Source: Candidatus Nanopelagicales bacterium (lineage in GTDB: Bacteria; Actinomycetota; Actinomycetes; S36-B12). From it: a DNA stretch of 64,000 nucleotides. Under the pieces are notes generated by a model. That model saw only the letters and a list, made by a program, of their open reading frames with translations. It ran no database searches and was not told the origin of the DNA. This document shows positions 49,855 to 58,256 of this stretch, one piece after another. The stretch covers positions 17,690-81,689 of the forward strand of contig JBILLS010000002.1 in the NCBI GenBank assembly GCA_044375955.1, read 5' to 3'. The position numbers were made by a program, and so were the translations under genes. Within the stretch, counting starts at the first letter, position 1. Every line of letters starts with the position of its first letter.

Positions 49855-50487
49855 ATGGGGAGGACCAGCGGCCGTAAGGCCGTCCTGATCGAGGCCGCCC
49901 AGCGGGCCATGTCCGAGCACGGCACCGCCGTGCGGCTGAACCAGATCGCCGAGCAAGCCGGGGTGACCTCGAGCGCGGTGCTCTACCACTACCCGAATAT
50001 CGAGGAACTCCTGGTCGACGCCAATCGCGCCGGGATGGAGCGGTTCTACGACCAGCGGATGCAGGCGATCTCGGGGCTCACCGACCCGGTGGAGAAGCTG
50101 GTGACCACCATCGCCCTCGGTGTTCCCCGTTCCTCGGACGATGAGGAGGTGCGGCTGCTCTGTTCCCTGGGCGGCGAGGCCGCACGCAACACCATCTACG
50201 CGGTGCTGCTCACCTCGCTCTACGACCGGCAGGTGGGCATGTTCCAGGCGATCCTGGAATCCGGGGTGACCTCCGGTGATTTCCGGCTAGCCCAGGATGC
50301 ACTCGTTGTCTCCCGCAACCTCGTGGCACTCGAAGACGCCTACGGTTACCGGGTCATGGCCAAGCACCCGACCCTGGATTACGCGACCGCGGTGGAGTTG
50401 ATCCTCGACTACGCACGCATGGCCACCGACCAAGCACTTCCGGTCCCGAGCCGCATCACCCGTCTATCCCGACCCGCACATAAGTGA
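49855..50487 (+). CDS. TetR/AcrR family transcriptional regulator
   Basis: N-terminal HTH RLNQIAEQAGVTSSAVLYHYP; start ATG 49855. Confidence 0.92.
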   Translation: MGRTSGRKAVLIEAAQRAMSEHGTAVRLNQIAEQAGVTSSAVLYHYPNIEELLVDANRAGMERFYDQRMQAISGLTDPVEKLVTTIALGVPRSSDDEEVRLLCSLGGEAARNTIYAVLLTSLYDRQVGMFQAILESGVTSGDFRLAQDALVVSRNLVALEDAYGYRVMAKHPTLDYATAVELILDYARMATDQALPVPSRITRLSRPAHK

Positions 50488-50494
50488 GGTACCG

Positions 50495-51808
50495 ATGTCC
50501 GATCGCCCATTGACCGTCCTGTTCATGCCCGAGTCGGCCTACGGTCCGACCAACCAGTGCATCGGCATCGGCAAGGTTCTCCTCGAGCGCGGTCACCGCG
50601 TGGTGTTCGCCGCCGAGGCATCGTGGAAAGGGAAGTTGGCGGCCCTCGGTTTCGAGGAGGACCTTGTCGACCTCGCGCCACCACCGCCGGAGGATGCCGG
50701 TGAGCAGGATGCGGGTGCGTTCTGGAAGGAGTTCATCCGCGAGACAGCACCGGAGTTCCGCAAGCCGACGATCGAGCAGCTCTCCACCTTCATCCAGCCG
50801 ACGTTCCAGGCATTGATCGACGGTGCCGTGTATTGCGAGCCGCAACTACGCGAGATCATCGCGCGGGTCAAGCCCGATGTGATCGTCGAAGACAACGTGT
50901 TGTGCTTCCCGGCACTGACCAGTGCAGGCGTGCCTTTCGTGCGCATCGTGTCCTGCAACCCCCTCGAGGTGAAGGGCCCGGGTGTGGCACCCGCCTTCTC
51001 CGGGTACGCCCAGTCCGACCCTGATTCGTGGCCGGCCTTCCGTGCGGAGTACGAGCGCACCCACCGGGGAATGTGGGAGGCGTTCAACGAGTTCGTGGTG
51101 GCCTCCGGTGCCGCGCCGCTACCGGACCTCGAGTTCATCCACTCGGACAACGCGGCGAATCTCTACGTCTATCCCAAGGAAGCCGACTACGTAGCCGAGC
51201 GGCCACTGGATGCCAGTTGGACGCGGATGGACTCCTCCGTGCGTACCACTGACTCCGACTACGTGATTCCGGCCGAGGTCGCCAACCGGCCCGAGGGCAG
51301 CGCGCTGATCTACCTCTCCCTGGGTTCGTTGGGTTCCGCCGATGTGGGGTTGATGAAGCGGCTGGTCGAAGTACTGGGCAAGACCCCGCACCGGTACATC
51401 GTGTCCAAGGGTCCCCAGCACACTGAGTACGAACTCGCCGACAACATGGTGGGTGCGGAGTTCGTCCCCCAGACTCGGATCATCCCGGAGGTGGATCTGG
51501 TGATCACCCACGGCGGCAACAACACCACCACCGAATCCCTGCACTTCGGCAAGCCGATGATCCTGCTGCCGCTGTTCTGGGACCAGTACGACAACGCGCA
51601 ACGCATTCACGAGCTCGGGTTCGGCCGCCGATTGGCCACGTATGCCTTCACCGACGAGGAGATGAATGACGCTCTCACGTCTCTGCTGGGTGATGCGGAG
51701 CTCCGGGCGCGCTTGACCGCGATGGGTGAGGCGATTCGGTCGCGCGATGGACTGCGTGTGGGCGCGGACGTGATCGAGCGCGTGGGACGCGAGCACGTCG
51801 CTTCGTGA
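50495..51808 (+). CDS. GT1 glycosyltransferase (MGT/UGT family)
   Basis: ESAYGPTNQC, YLSLGSLGS and FVPQ..IIP..DLVITHGGNNTTTE..HFGKPM..LPLFWDQ (UGT C-terminal motif). Confidence 0.9.
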   Translation: MSDRPLTVLFMPESAYGPTNQCIGIGKVLLERGHRVVFAAEASWKGKLAALGFEEDLVDLAPPPPEDAGEQDAGAFWKEFIRETAPEFRKPTIEQLSTFIQPTFQALIDGAVYCEPQLREIIARVKPDVIVEDNVLCFPALTSAGVPFVRIVSCNPLEVKGPGVAPAFSGYAQSDPDSWPAFRAEYERTHRGMWEAFNEFVVASGAAPLPDLEFIHSDNAANLYVYPKEADYVAERPLDASWTRMDSSVRTTDSDYVIPAEVANRPEGSALIYLSLGSLGSADVGLMKRLVEVLGKTPHRYIVSKGPQHTEYELADNMVGAEFVPQTRIIPEVDLVITHGGNNTTTESLHFGKPMILLPLFWDQYDNAQRIHELGFGRRLATYAFTDEEMNDALTSLLGDAELRARLTAMGEAIRSRDGLRVGADVIERVGREHVAS

Positions 51809-53052
51809 CCACTCCACCCTTCGGGGAATTGCTGCGGCGGGCTGCCGTCGCGGACCTGCTCCCGCATCGTTCGCAGGCGCGTGCCACCGACGCTGTCGGT
51901 GAGCCTCTGCTGGTGGACGCGCTCGACCTCGGTGACGGGTGCGCCGTATGCATCGTGGACATCGGTGAGCGCCGGGTGGTGGTTCCCGCACGCGTGGTGG
52001 ACGGTCGGCTGGTGCGCGATCCGGGTGTCGCGAGCCTGTTGCGTGCCGGGGACTCCGGTGCCTTCCACGTCGATGTCATGGGCACCCTGCCGTCGGCTGT
52101 GCGGACCATCGACGTCGATCAGAGCAACGACTCGGTGATCCTCGGTGACGCCGTGGTCGTGAAGTGGCAGGTCGACGTGGCGCCCTCGCCCGCGCCGAGT
52201 CGATTGCGCGCGCTGGCGGGAACGGGGATCACCCCGGAGCCCCGGGCGATCGTGGAGTGGGTGGACCCGGACGGGCGGACGTGCACCGTGCTCACGGCAG
52301 CTGTGAACCTCCCTGGTGCCGAAGACGGCTGGACCTGGGCGGTGGACCTGGTGCGCGCGCACGCCCGCGGCCAGGAGGTTGATGCCATCGGTCCCTTCGC
52401 GGACCTGGGCGCACTCGTCGCGCGGATGCACGTGGTGCTCGCGGGTGACGGCGTGGGTGAGTGGACTGCGGCGCAGTGCGCGGAGTTAGTGGCGTCGATG
52501 CACGCGGACCTCGACGAGGCCATTGCGGTGATGGACGGCCCGGAGAGTGAGCGCCTGCGGGCGCGCCGCGTGGCCTTGGCGGAGATCATCGACCGTGCGC
52601 GCGATGTGGACTCCACACCTGTGATCGCGATCCACGGTGACCTGCATATCGGCCAAGTACTGCGTAGTGGGCAGAGCTTGAGCATCATCGACTTCGACGG
52701 GAATCCACTCTCGAGTGCAGAGGTGCGCGGCGCACCGGCACCGGCGGCCCGCGATGTGGCCGGGATGCTCGCGTCTATCGACCACGTGGCGCGGGTGGTG
52801 ACCCATCGCACCGAGAACCTGGACCCGCGTCCTGCGCTGGTGTGGATCGCGCATGCGCAGGATACCTTCCTCGCCTCCTATCAGGCGACGTTGTCCGAGG
52901 CCGGACTGCGGCACCTGCTCGATGACCGGCTCCTCGCGCCGATGATGATCGACCAGGAGTGCCGTGAGTACATCTACTCCGCACGCCACCTCCCGCACTG
53001 GCGGTACGTTCCGGATGCCGTGATCACGCACCTGCTGCCCGAGGAGGACTGA
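51805..53052 (+). CDS. Maltokinase-like phosphotransferase, probable actinobacterial glucosamine kinase family
   Basis: VDQSNDSV, VVKW, DGWTW, IHGDLHIGQ, IIDFDGNP, RDVAGML and REYIYSARHLPHWRYVP motifs. Confidence 0.8.
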   Translation: MTTPPFGELLRRAAVADLLPHRSQARATDAVGEPLLVDALDLGDGCAVCIVDIGERRVVVPARVVDGRLVRDPGVASLLRAGDSGAFHVDVMGTLPSAVRTIDVDQSNDSVILGDAVVVKWQVDVAPSPAPSRLRALAGTGITPEPRAIVEWVDPDGRTCTVLTAAVNLPGAEDGWTWAVDLVRAHARGQEVDAIGPFADLGALVARMHVVLAGDGVGEWTAAQCAELVASMHADLDEAIAVMDGPESERLRARRVALAEIIDRARDVDSTPVIAIHGDLHIGQVLRSGQSLSIIDFDGNPLSSAEVRGAPAPAARDVAGMLASIDHVARVVTHRTENLDPRPALVWIAHAQDTFLASYQATLSEAGLRHLLDDRLLAPMMIDQECREYIYSARHLPHWRYVPDAVITHLLPEED

Positions 53053-54005
53053 TGGACGCCGCACTGTTCATCGCAGACATCGAGGCGCGCCCCGATCGGT
53101 TGCGGGAGGCCTCCACGGCGTGGGCCGAACACAACCCGTGGACCGGCATGCGCGCGGGCAGGCTCGTCCTCCTGGGCATGGGGTCCTCGTATTTCGCAGC
53201 GAGTGTGGCGGCCGACCGACTCCAGCACCGGGGTGTCGCCGCAACGGCGGTCCTGGCCAGCACCGATCTGCTGCCCGCGGTGGATGCTGACGATCACGTG
53301 ATCGCGATCAGCGCGGGCGGGTCCTCGGTGGAGACCCTGGCGGCGGTGGAAGAACTGCATGGCCGCTGTCCGGTCACGGTGATGACCAATGTCGGAACGG
53401 GGACACTGGTCGACCTCGCCGACAACGTCGTTCCCATGCACGCGGGAATCGAGGCTGGGGGTGTCGCCTGCAGGTCCTTCACCCACACCCAAGCACTGTT
53501 GCTGCTACTCGAGGAGCACCTCGTCGGGGGTATCGATACGTCGGTCTTTGGACATGCCGCGGACGCGGCCGCAGACCTACTCAACACCCGCGGAAGCTGG
53601 CTCGCTCCCGTGTCGGAGTTGCTGCTCGGACCGGAGGGATCATCCGTGGTGGCGCCGGTGAGTCGGTTGTCGAACGCTCGGCAGAGCGCGCTGATGTTCC
53701 GGGAGGGACCGCGCCGCCCCGCGATCGCGTGCGAGACCGGGGACTGGTCCCACATCGACGTCTACCTGACTAAGACCACCGACTACCGCATGCTCCTGCT
53801 TGCGGGCTCACGGTGGGAGCCGCAACTCATGGACTGGTGCACCCAGCGGGGATCCACGGTGGTCGCCGCCGGCGCGGACGTGCCGGGGGCTCGATTCACC
53901 CTGCGCTACCGCAACGACTCCGACGAGTTGGTGCGTCTCCTCGCGGAGATCACCATCGCGGAGTCGGTGGCCGCCGGGGAGTGGCAGCGCGCAGCCTCTG
54001 CTTGA
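53052..54005 (+). CDS. SIS-domain sugar-phosphate isomerase/deaminase/deglycase
   Basis: LGMGSSY, ISAGGSSVET, EAGGVACRSF, SALMFREGPR and GDWSHIDVY motifs; TGATG coupling to the kinase. Confidence 0.85.
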   Translation: MDAALFIADIEARPDRLREASTAWAEHNPWTGMRAGRLVLLGMGSSYFAASVAADRLQHRGVAATAVLASTDLLPAVDADDHVIAISAGGSSVETLAAVEELHGRCPVTVMTNVGTGTLVDLADNVVPMHAGIEAGGVACRSFTHTQALLLLLEEHLVGGIDTSVFGHAADAAADLLNTRGSWLAPVSELLLGPEGSSVVAPVSRLSNARQSALMFREGPRRPAIACETGDWSHIDVYLTKTTDYRMLLLAGSRWEPQLMDWCTQRGSTVVAAGADVPGARFTLRYRNDSDELVRLLAEITIAESVAAGEWQRAASA

Positions 54006-54049
54006 CAACCAGAATATATATTCATGGACTGTTCCTATATAATCTGCTG
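54002..54049 (+). promoter_or_regulatory. AT-rich promoter/operator of the XRE-NTase operon
   Basis: Perfect palindrome GAATATATATTC (54012-54023); TATAAT at 54038-54043, 6 nt before GTG 54050 (leaderless); TTGACA at 54002-54007. Confidence 0.65.
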
Positions 54050-54628
54050 GTGGACCTTCGAGCAGCCCGCGAGCGCCTCGGTTTGACCCAGGGCCGGGTA
54101 GCGGAACTCCTCGGCACCAGCCAGGCCAATGTCAGCGCGTATGAAACCGGTCGCCTCACCCCGGGTCCCACCGTCGCCTCTCGCATCGCGGCCTTCACCG
54201 CGTTGCCCGACGACACCATCTACCGAGATCTCTGGCCGCCGACCCTGGCGAGCACTGCGATGCACCTGCGCGAGGACATCCACACCGGCGTGAGTGAGGG
54301 TGACATGTTGCGCGTCATCATCCAAGCCTCGGACGACTTTCCGAAGTTGACCTCGCCAGCGGAGCGCGCGTTCTTCCTATCCGAGCCGGGTGTCACCGGG
54401 GATGCGCGATTCGATGCGCTGCTCGCTGGCCTCGCCGTGCACCTATGCCGTGAAGCGGGCATGGAGTCGACGCCCGCGTGGACGCGGACCCCCGGTCGAA
54501 TGCTCGACGAGATCTGGTGGTTCGACAGTCCGGCGCCCTCGCTGCATGCCCTTGGCCTTCGCGATGCGGTCCCCGCGATGCGCGCTCGCGGCGTCATGTT
54601 CAGTCGCAGGAACCTGGAGTCGGTATGA
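54050..54628 (+). CDS. XRE-family HTH protein, putative antitoxin
   Basis: LRAARERLGLTQGRVAELLGTSQANVSAYETG HTH; C-terminal EPGVTGDARFDALLAGLA domain. Confidence 0.8.
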   Translation: MDLRAARERLGLTQGRVAELLGTSQANVSAYETGRLTPGPTVASRIAAFTALPDDTIYRDLWPPTLASTAMHLREDIHTGVSEGDMLRVIIQASDDFPKLTSPAERAFFLSEPGVTGDARFDALLAGLAVHLCREAGMESTPAWTRTPGRMLDEIWWFDSPAPSLHALGLRDAVPAMRARGVMFSRRNLESV

Positions 54629-55161
54629 CAGCACTCGATGAGGTCCGCGTGCGCTCACTGCTTGCCGAACTCGGCGAGCGACTGGTGGGTCGAGGTATCG
54701 AAGCGGAGATCTATGTGGTGGGCGGGGCGGCGATGATGTTGGCCTACGACCGCACCCGCGTCACCCGTGACATCGACGCGGTGGGTGTGCCCCAGGAAGA
54801 AATCGACATCGAAGTCGCGGCGATCGCCGCCGATCATCGTGACCTGGACACCGACTGGCTGAATGCGCGGGTGCTGCCGCTCCTGCCCCGCTCGATCGAT
54901 GCCGATCGAATCGAGGTGATGGGTGCACCGGGGATCACCGTCAATGTCGCATCACCGCGGCACCTCTTGGCGATGAAGGCACGGGCCGCACGCGGCAAAC
55001 GTGATCTCGATGACCTGTGGGTGCTGTGCCAGGTTTTGGCTCTCACCGAGGTCGATCAGGTGTGGGAGATCTGCACCGACGTGTGGGGCGGTGATTTCAC
55101 CCGCGATGACATCCGCATCCTGGTGACCGAGGACCTCCAACGCCGGATGGGGCGTCACTAA
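54625..55161 (+). CDS. Nucleotidyltransferase (DUF6036/AbiEii-like), putative toxin
   Basis: VVGGAAM..AY..TRVTRDIDA (GG..DxD), WLN, LLAMK..A.RGKRDLDD; ATGA overlap with the HTH gene. Confidence 0.8.
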   Translation: MTALDEVRVRSLLAELGERLVGRGIEAEIYVVGGAAMMLAYDRTRVTRDIDAVGVPQEEIDIEVAAIAADHRDLDTDWLNARVLPLLPRSIDADRIEVMGAPGITVNVASPRHLLAMKARAARGKRDLDDLWVLCQVLALTEVDQVWEICTDVWGGDFTRDDIRILVTEDLQRRMGRH

Positions 55162-55841
55162 ATCCCGGTGGCCGTGACATTCAGGGCCGCTGTGAGAGCG
55201 ACGGGATTGGCGACGATCACCCGCGCCCCGGCATTCGCCAATTCCGCATGGTCCCCGTAACCCCACAGCACACCGATGGTGTCGATGCCGTGGCTTGCGG
55301 CCCCTTCCACGTCGTGACGACGGTCCCCGACCATGATCATTCGCTGCGCGATGGGATCGAGTCCCGTGTTCGCGAGCACGTGGGCGATCACCTTCGTTTT
55401 CGAGGCACGGGACCCCTCGAGGTCGTCGGCCCCTATGAACTCGAAGTATTGGGCCAGGTCGAAGTGCTCGAGAATGCGCGTGGCGGAGTACTCGGGTTTC
55501 GATGTTGCGATCGCCATGCGGATGTTCGCGTCGCGCAGCGCCTCGAGGGTGTCGCGGATTCCGTCGTAGACGGTGTTCTCGAACATGCCGGTGTCGTGGT
55601 AGCGCTCGCGGTAGAGCTCGATGGCGCGGACCACCTGCTCCTCGTCGAGACCGAAGTGGTCGCGGAACGTGACCCACAGCGGCGGCCCGAGGAACGTGCG
55701 CATCGTCTCCGCGTCGGGAGGCTCGATGCCCAACTCATCGAGGGCGTAGCGGATGCAGCTGACCAACCCCGGGGCCGAATCCGTGAGGGTGCCGTCGAGG
55801 TCGAAGAGGACGGCCTCCACTGGTGCGGGGGTTGAACTCAT
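55158..55841 (-). CDS. HAD-family hydrolase (phosphoglycolate phosphatase/nucleotidase-like)
   Basis: FDLDGTLTDS, ATSK, MVGDRRHD and GVLWGYG motifs; start at ATG 55841 or 55853. Confidence 0.9.
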   Translation of the reverse strand: MSSTPAPVEAVLFDLDGTLTDSAPGLVSCIRYALDELGIEPPDAETMRTFLGPPLWVTFRDHFGLDEEQVVRAIELYRERYHDTGMFENTVYDGIRDTLEALRDANIRMAIATSKPEYSATRILEHFDLAQYFEFIGADDLEGSRASKTKVIAHVLANTGLDPIAQRMIMVGDRRHDVEGAASHGIDTIGVLWGYGDHAELANAGARVIVANPVALTAALNVTATGI

Positions 55842-55888
55842 GGGGGTCGGCATGTACGGATGATGGCAGGTGCTCCACGATTGGTTGT

Positions 55889-56659
55889 GTGAGCGTCCAG
55901 GTCGTCGCCCACCGGGGGTACTCCTCGGAGGAGCCCGAGCATTCGATGGCCGCCTACCTGCGCGCGGTGGAGGCCGGCGCAGACGCGGTCGAGTGCGATG
56001 TGAGGCTGACAGCCGACGGAACCCTGGTCCTGGTCCACGATCGACGCATCGATCGCACAAGTCCTGGTTCCGGTGCCGTTTCGAACTTCATGCTCGCGGA
56101 GTTGCAGGAGCACACCTTCGGTGGCCAGGGTTGGCACGACTTCGAGGATCCACCGTCAGAGTTGCGCACACGGTTACTCACCCTGGAGACATTTCTGTCC
56201 ACCCTTCTCGATGCGTCATCGACGGTGGAATTCGCGATCGAGACCAAACACCCCACACGTTTCGGTGGATACGTGGAAGAAGAGTTGGCGCGGGTCTTGC
56301 GCTCCTTCGGTTTGGTGCGCAATGGAGGTGCGCACCGAGTGCGGATGATGAGCTTCTCCCGCATGGCCGTGGTGCGCATGACGAGGCTTGTCCCGGGGAT
56401 TCCCACGGTGTATCTGTGCGGGTGGAAGCCGTGGTTCTACCGCGATGGTCGGCTCCCCCCGGGCGTGAGGGCACTCGGTCCCGGTATCGACGTAGTGCGC
56501 ACGCACCCGGACCTGGTCCGTGCGGTGAAAGCCCGTGGTGGTCAGGTGCACGTCTGGGTAGTGGATTCGCGCGATGACTTCGACCTCTGCCGGGAACTCG
56601 GCGTCGACGTGATCATCACCAACACGCCGTCGCAGATCCTGGCGTGGCTCGGACGGTAG
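55889..56659 (+). CDS. Glycerophosphodiester phosphodiesterase family
   Basis: AHRGYS..PEH, ECDVRLT.DG, HD, IETKHP and DVIITN motifs. Confidence 0.92.
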   Translation: MSVQVVAHRGYSSEEPEHSMAAYLRAVEAGADAVECDVRLTADGTLVLVHDRRIDRTSPGSGAVSNFMLAELQEHTFGGQGWHDFEDPPSELRTRLLTLETFLSTLLDASSTVEFAIETKHPTRFGGYVEEELARVLRSFGLVRNGGAHRVRMMSFSRMAVVRMTRLVPGIPTVYLCGWKPWFYRDGRLPPGVRALGPGIDVVRTHPDLVRAVKARGGQVHVWVVDSRDDFDLCRELGVDVIITNTPSQILAWLGR

Positions 56660-56670
56660 GTTCCTCCGTC

Positions 56671-57612
56671 ATGGGGAAAAAGGGGAAGCGGGCCGGCTCC
56701 ATTGTCGAGGGGGATGTCGCCGTCGTCGGGATGCGGGAGCCCTGTCCGTGTGGATCGGGGCGCCGCTACAAGGCCTGCCATGGCAAGGACTCCTCCCGTG
56801 CGGTGACCGTTCCCGCCCGCCCCTTCGAGGGGTTCGCCTCCGAGTGCGACATCGTGGCGATGCGTGAGCTGGTGCCGTCGGCTACCACGACCCTGACCTT
56901 GCAGAAGCCCGCTGGTGCGCAAACGGTCACGCTGGCGACCGTGTTGCCGCTGGCGTGGCCGGGCCTCGTCCGCGGGAACGGCGACATCCTGCTCGGCTTG
57001 CAGGTGACCGTGGGCTCGGGTGACGCGTCGCGTGACCTCGCCGACGTCTTGACGCGGGCCCTGCAAACCGAACCGGGGAACCCCGTGCCCCTGGAACGCG
57101 TGGGCCCCGACACCCCGCAACTGCAAGACCTCGTCGATGCCGGGCAGAGACTTGACATCGCCGTGCATGAGGACTTCGGCTTCTGGATCGATTCGGATGC
57201 GGTTTCCGACGATGTGCAGCAGTCGTTGGAGCGGGCGAAGGAATACGCCCACCCCACGGTCCGACTCACCGGCGTGGAAGCGGCGTACTGGACCCAGATG
57301 GGTGAAAAAGAGCACCTGCGCTGGATCATGCCGCACCCGGAGGAGAAGTTGCTCGACGCGCTGGCGCGACTCCACGCCTCCGATGCGTCGTCTCTGGGCC
57401 CTGACACCCGGTTGGTGGGCATGTTCCGTGCCCAGGGTCTCGTGGTTCCCGTGTGGGACCTGCCGCTGGGCATGGGCGCGGCGGCAACGGAGGAACCCGC
57501 CGCGGCGTTCGGTGCGCGGCTGGCCGAGGCGCTGGCGGCATCCACGCCACTGACCGACGCGGAGCGACGAGCACGTGCCGGGCTGACTACCCGCCAGGTG
57601 ACCCTGCGCTGA
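56671..57612 (+). CDS. DUF5926-family protein with SEC-C metal-binding motif
   Basis: REPCPCGSGRRYKACHG, RPFEG..ECD..AMRELVP and GLVVPVWDL motifs. Confidence 0.85.
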   Translation: MGKKGKRAGSIVEGDVAVVGMREPCPCGSGRRYKACHGKDSSRAVTVPARPFEGFASECDIVAMRELVPSATTTLTLQKPAGAQTVTLATVLPLAWPGLVRGNGDILLGLQVTVGSGDASRDLADVLTRALQTEPGNPVPLERVGPDTPQLQDLVDAGQRLDIAVHEDFGFWIDSDAVSDDVQQSLERAKEYAHPTVRLTGVEAAYWTQMGEKEHLRWIMPHPEEKLLDALARLHASDASSLGPDTRLVGMFRAQGLVVPVWDLPLGMGAAATEEPAAAFGARLAEALAASTPLTDAERRARAGLTTRQVTLR

Positions 57613-57617
57613 GGCGC

Positions 57618-58256
57618 CTAGGCGTTGATGAACTCGATCAACGTCCAGACTGCGAGGCCCGTCAGGATCACCGCAGAGACGAGCTTGATCCGCCAGATGG
57701 GGAAGCGGTCGCGCAGGAATCCCCCGAGCAGGCAGGCCAGTGCGGCAACGGTGATGAGCGCGACCCAGGAACCGAGGAAGACGCTGATGGGCGACGCAGT
57801 GCGCGCAGCGAGCCCCGCGGTGAGAATCTGACTCAGATCACCCCACTCCGCAGCGAACAGCACCCCGAAACTCGTGGTGACCACGAGCCAGAATCGCGGT
57901 TGCGCAGGGATCTCGTTGATGCGTTCCGAGCGCTCGAGTTCGTCGACCTCATCCGCTTCCGCGCGCTGCTCCATAGACCTGGACTTCAGGCCCCCACGGG
58001 CCATGATCACCGCGCCCGCCGCGAACAGGAGGAACGTGATGCCCAGGACGAGCCGTTCGGGGGCCAGCGACAGCAATCCTCCGGCGAGAACCGCGATCGC
58101 CGTCTGCACGGCGAATGCGGCCGCAACACCGACCCAGACTGCTCGCCGGGGAAAGCGGGTTGCGAGTACGAGGGTCGCGATGAACGTCTTGTCCGGCAGC
58201 TCGGCCGGGAAGATCAGCGCGAACGTGGTGAGCGAGGTGAGGAGATCGACCGTCAT
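57618..58256 (-). CDS. TMEM165/GDT1 (UPF0016) Ca/Mn transporter
   Basis: Two family motifs, AELPDKT and AEWGDLSQ. Confidence 0.92.
   Translation of the reverse strand: MTVDLLTSLTTFALIFPAELPDKTFIATLVLATRFPRRAVWVGVAAAFAVQTAIAVLAGGLLSLAPERLVLGITFLLFAAGAVIMARGGLKSRSMEQRAEADEVDELERSERINEIPAQPRFWLVVTTSFGVLFAAEWGDLSQILTAGLAARTASPISVFLGSWVALITVAALACLLGGFLRDRFPIWRIKLVSAVILTGLAVWTLIEFINA

Noticed and set aside
50495-53052. Antibiotic resistance pair (macrolide glycosyltransferase plus aminoglycoside phosphotransferase)
   Set aside because: Only fold-level similarity; the kinase motifs fit the sugar-kinase branch, and coupling to SIS and an importer suggests metabolism.
54002-54043. Perfect TTGACA/TATAAT sigma-70 promoter
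   Set aside because: The hexamers are 30 nt apart, so they cannot form one canonical promoter; only the -10 is well placed.
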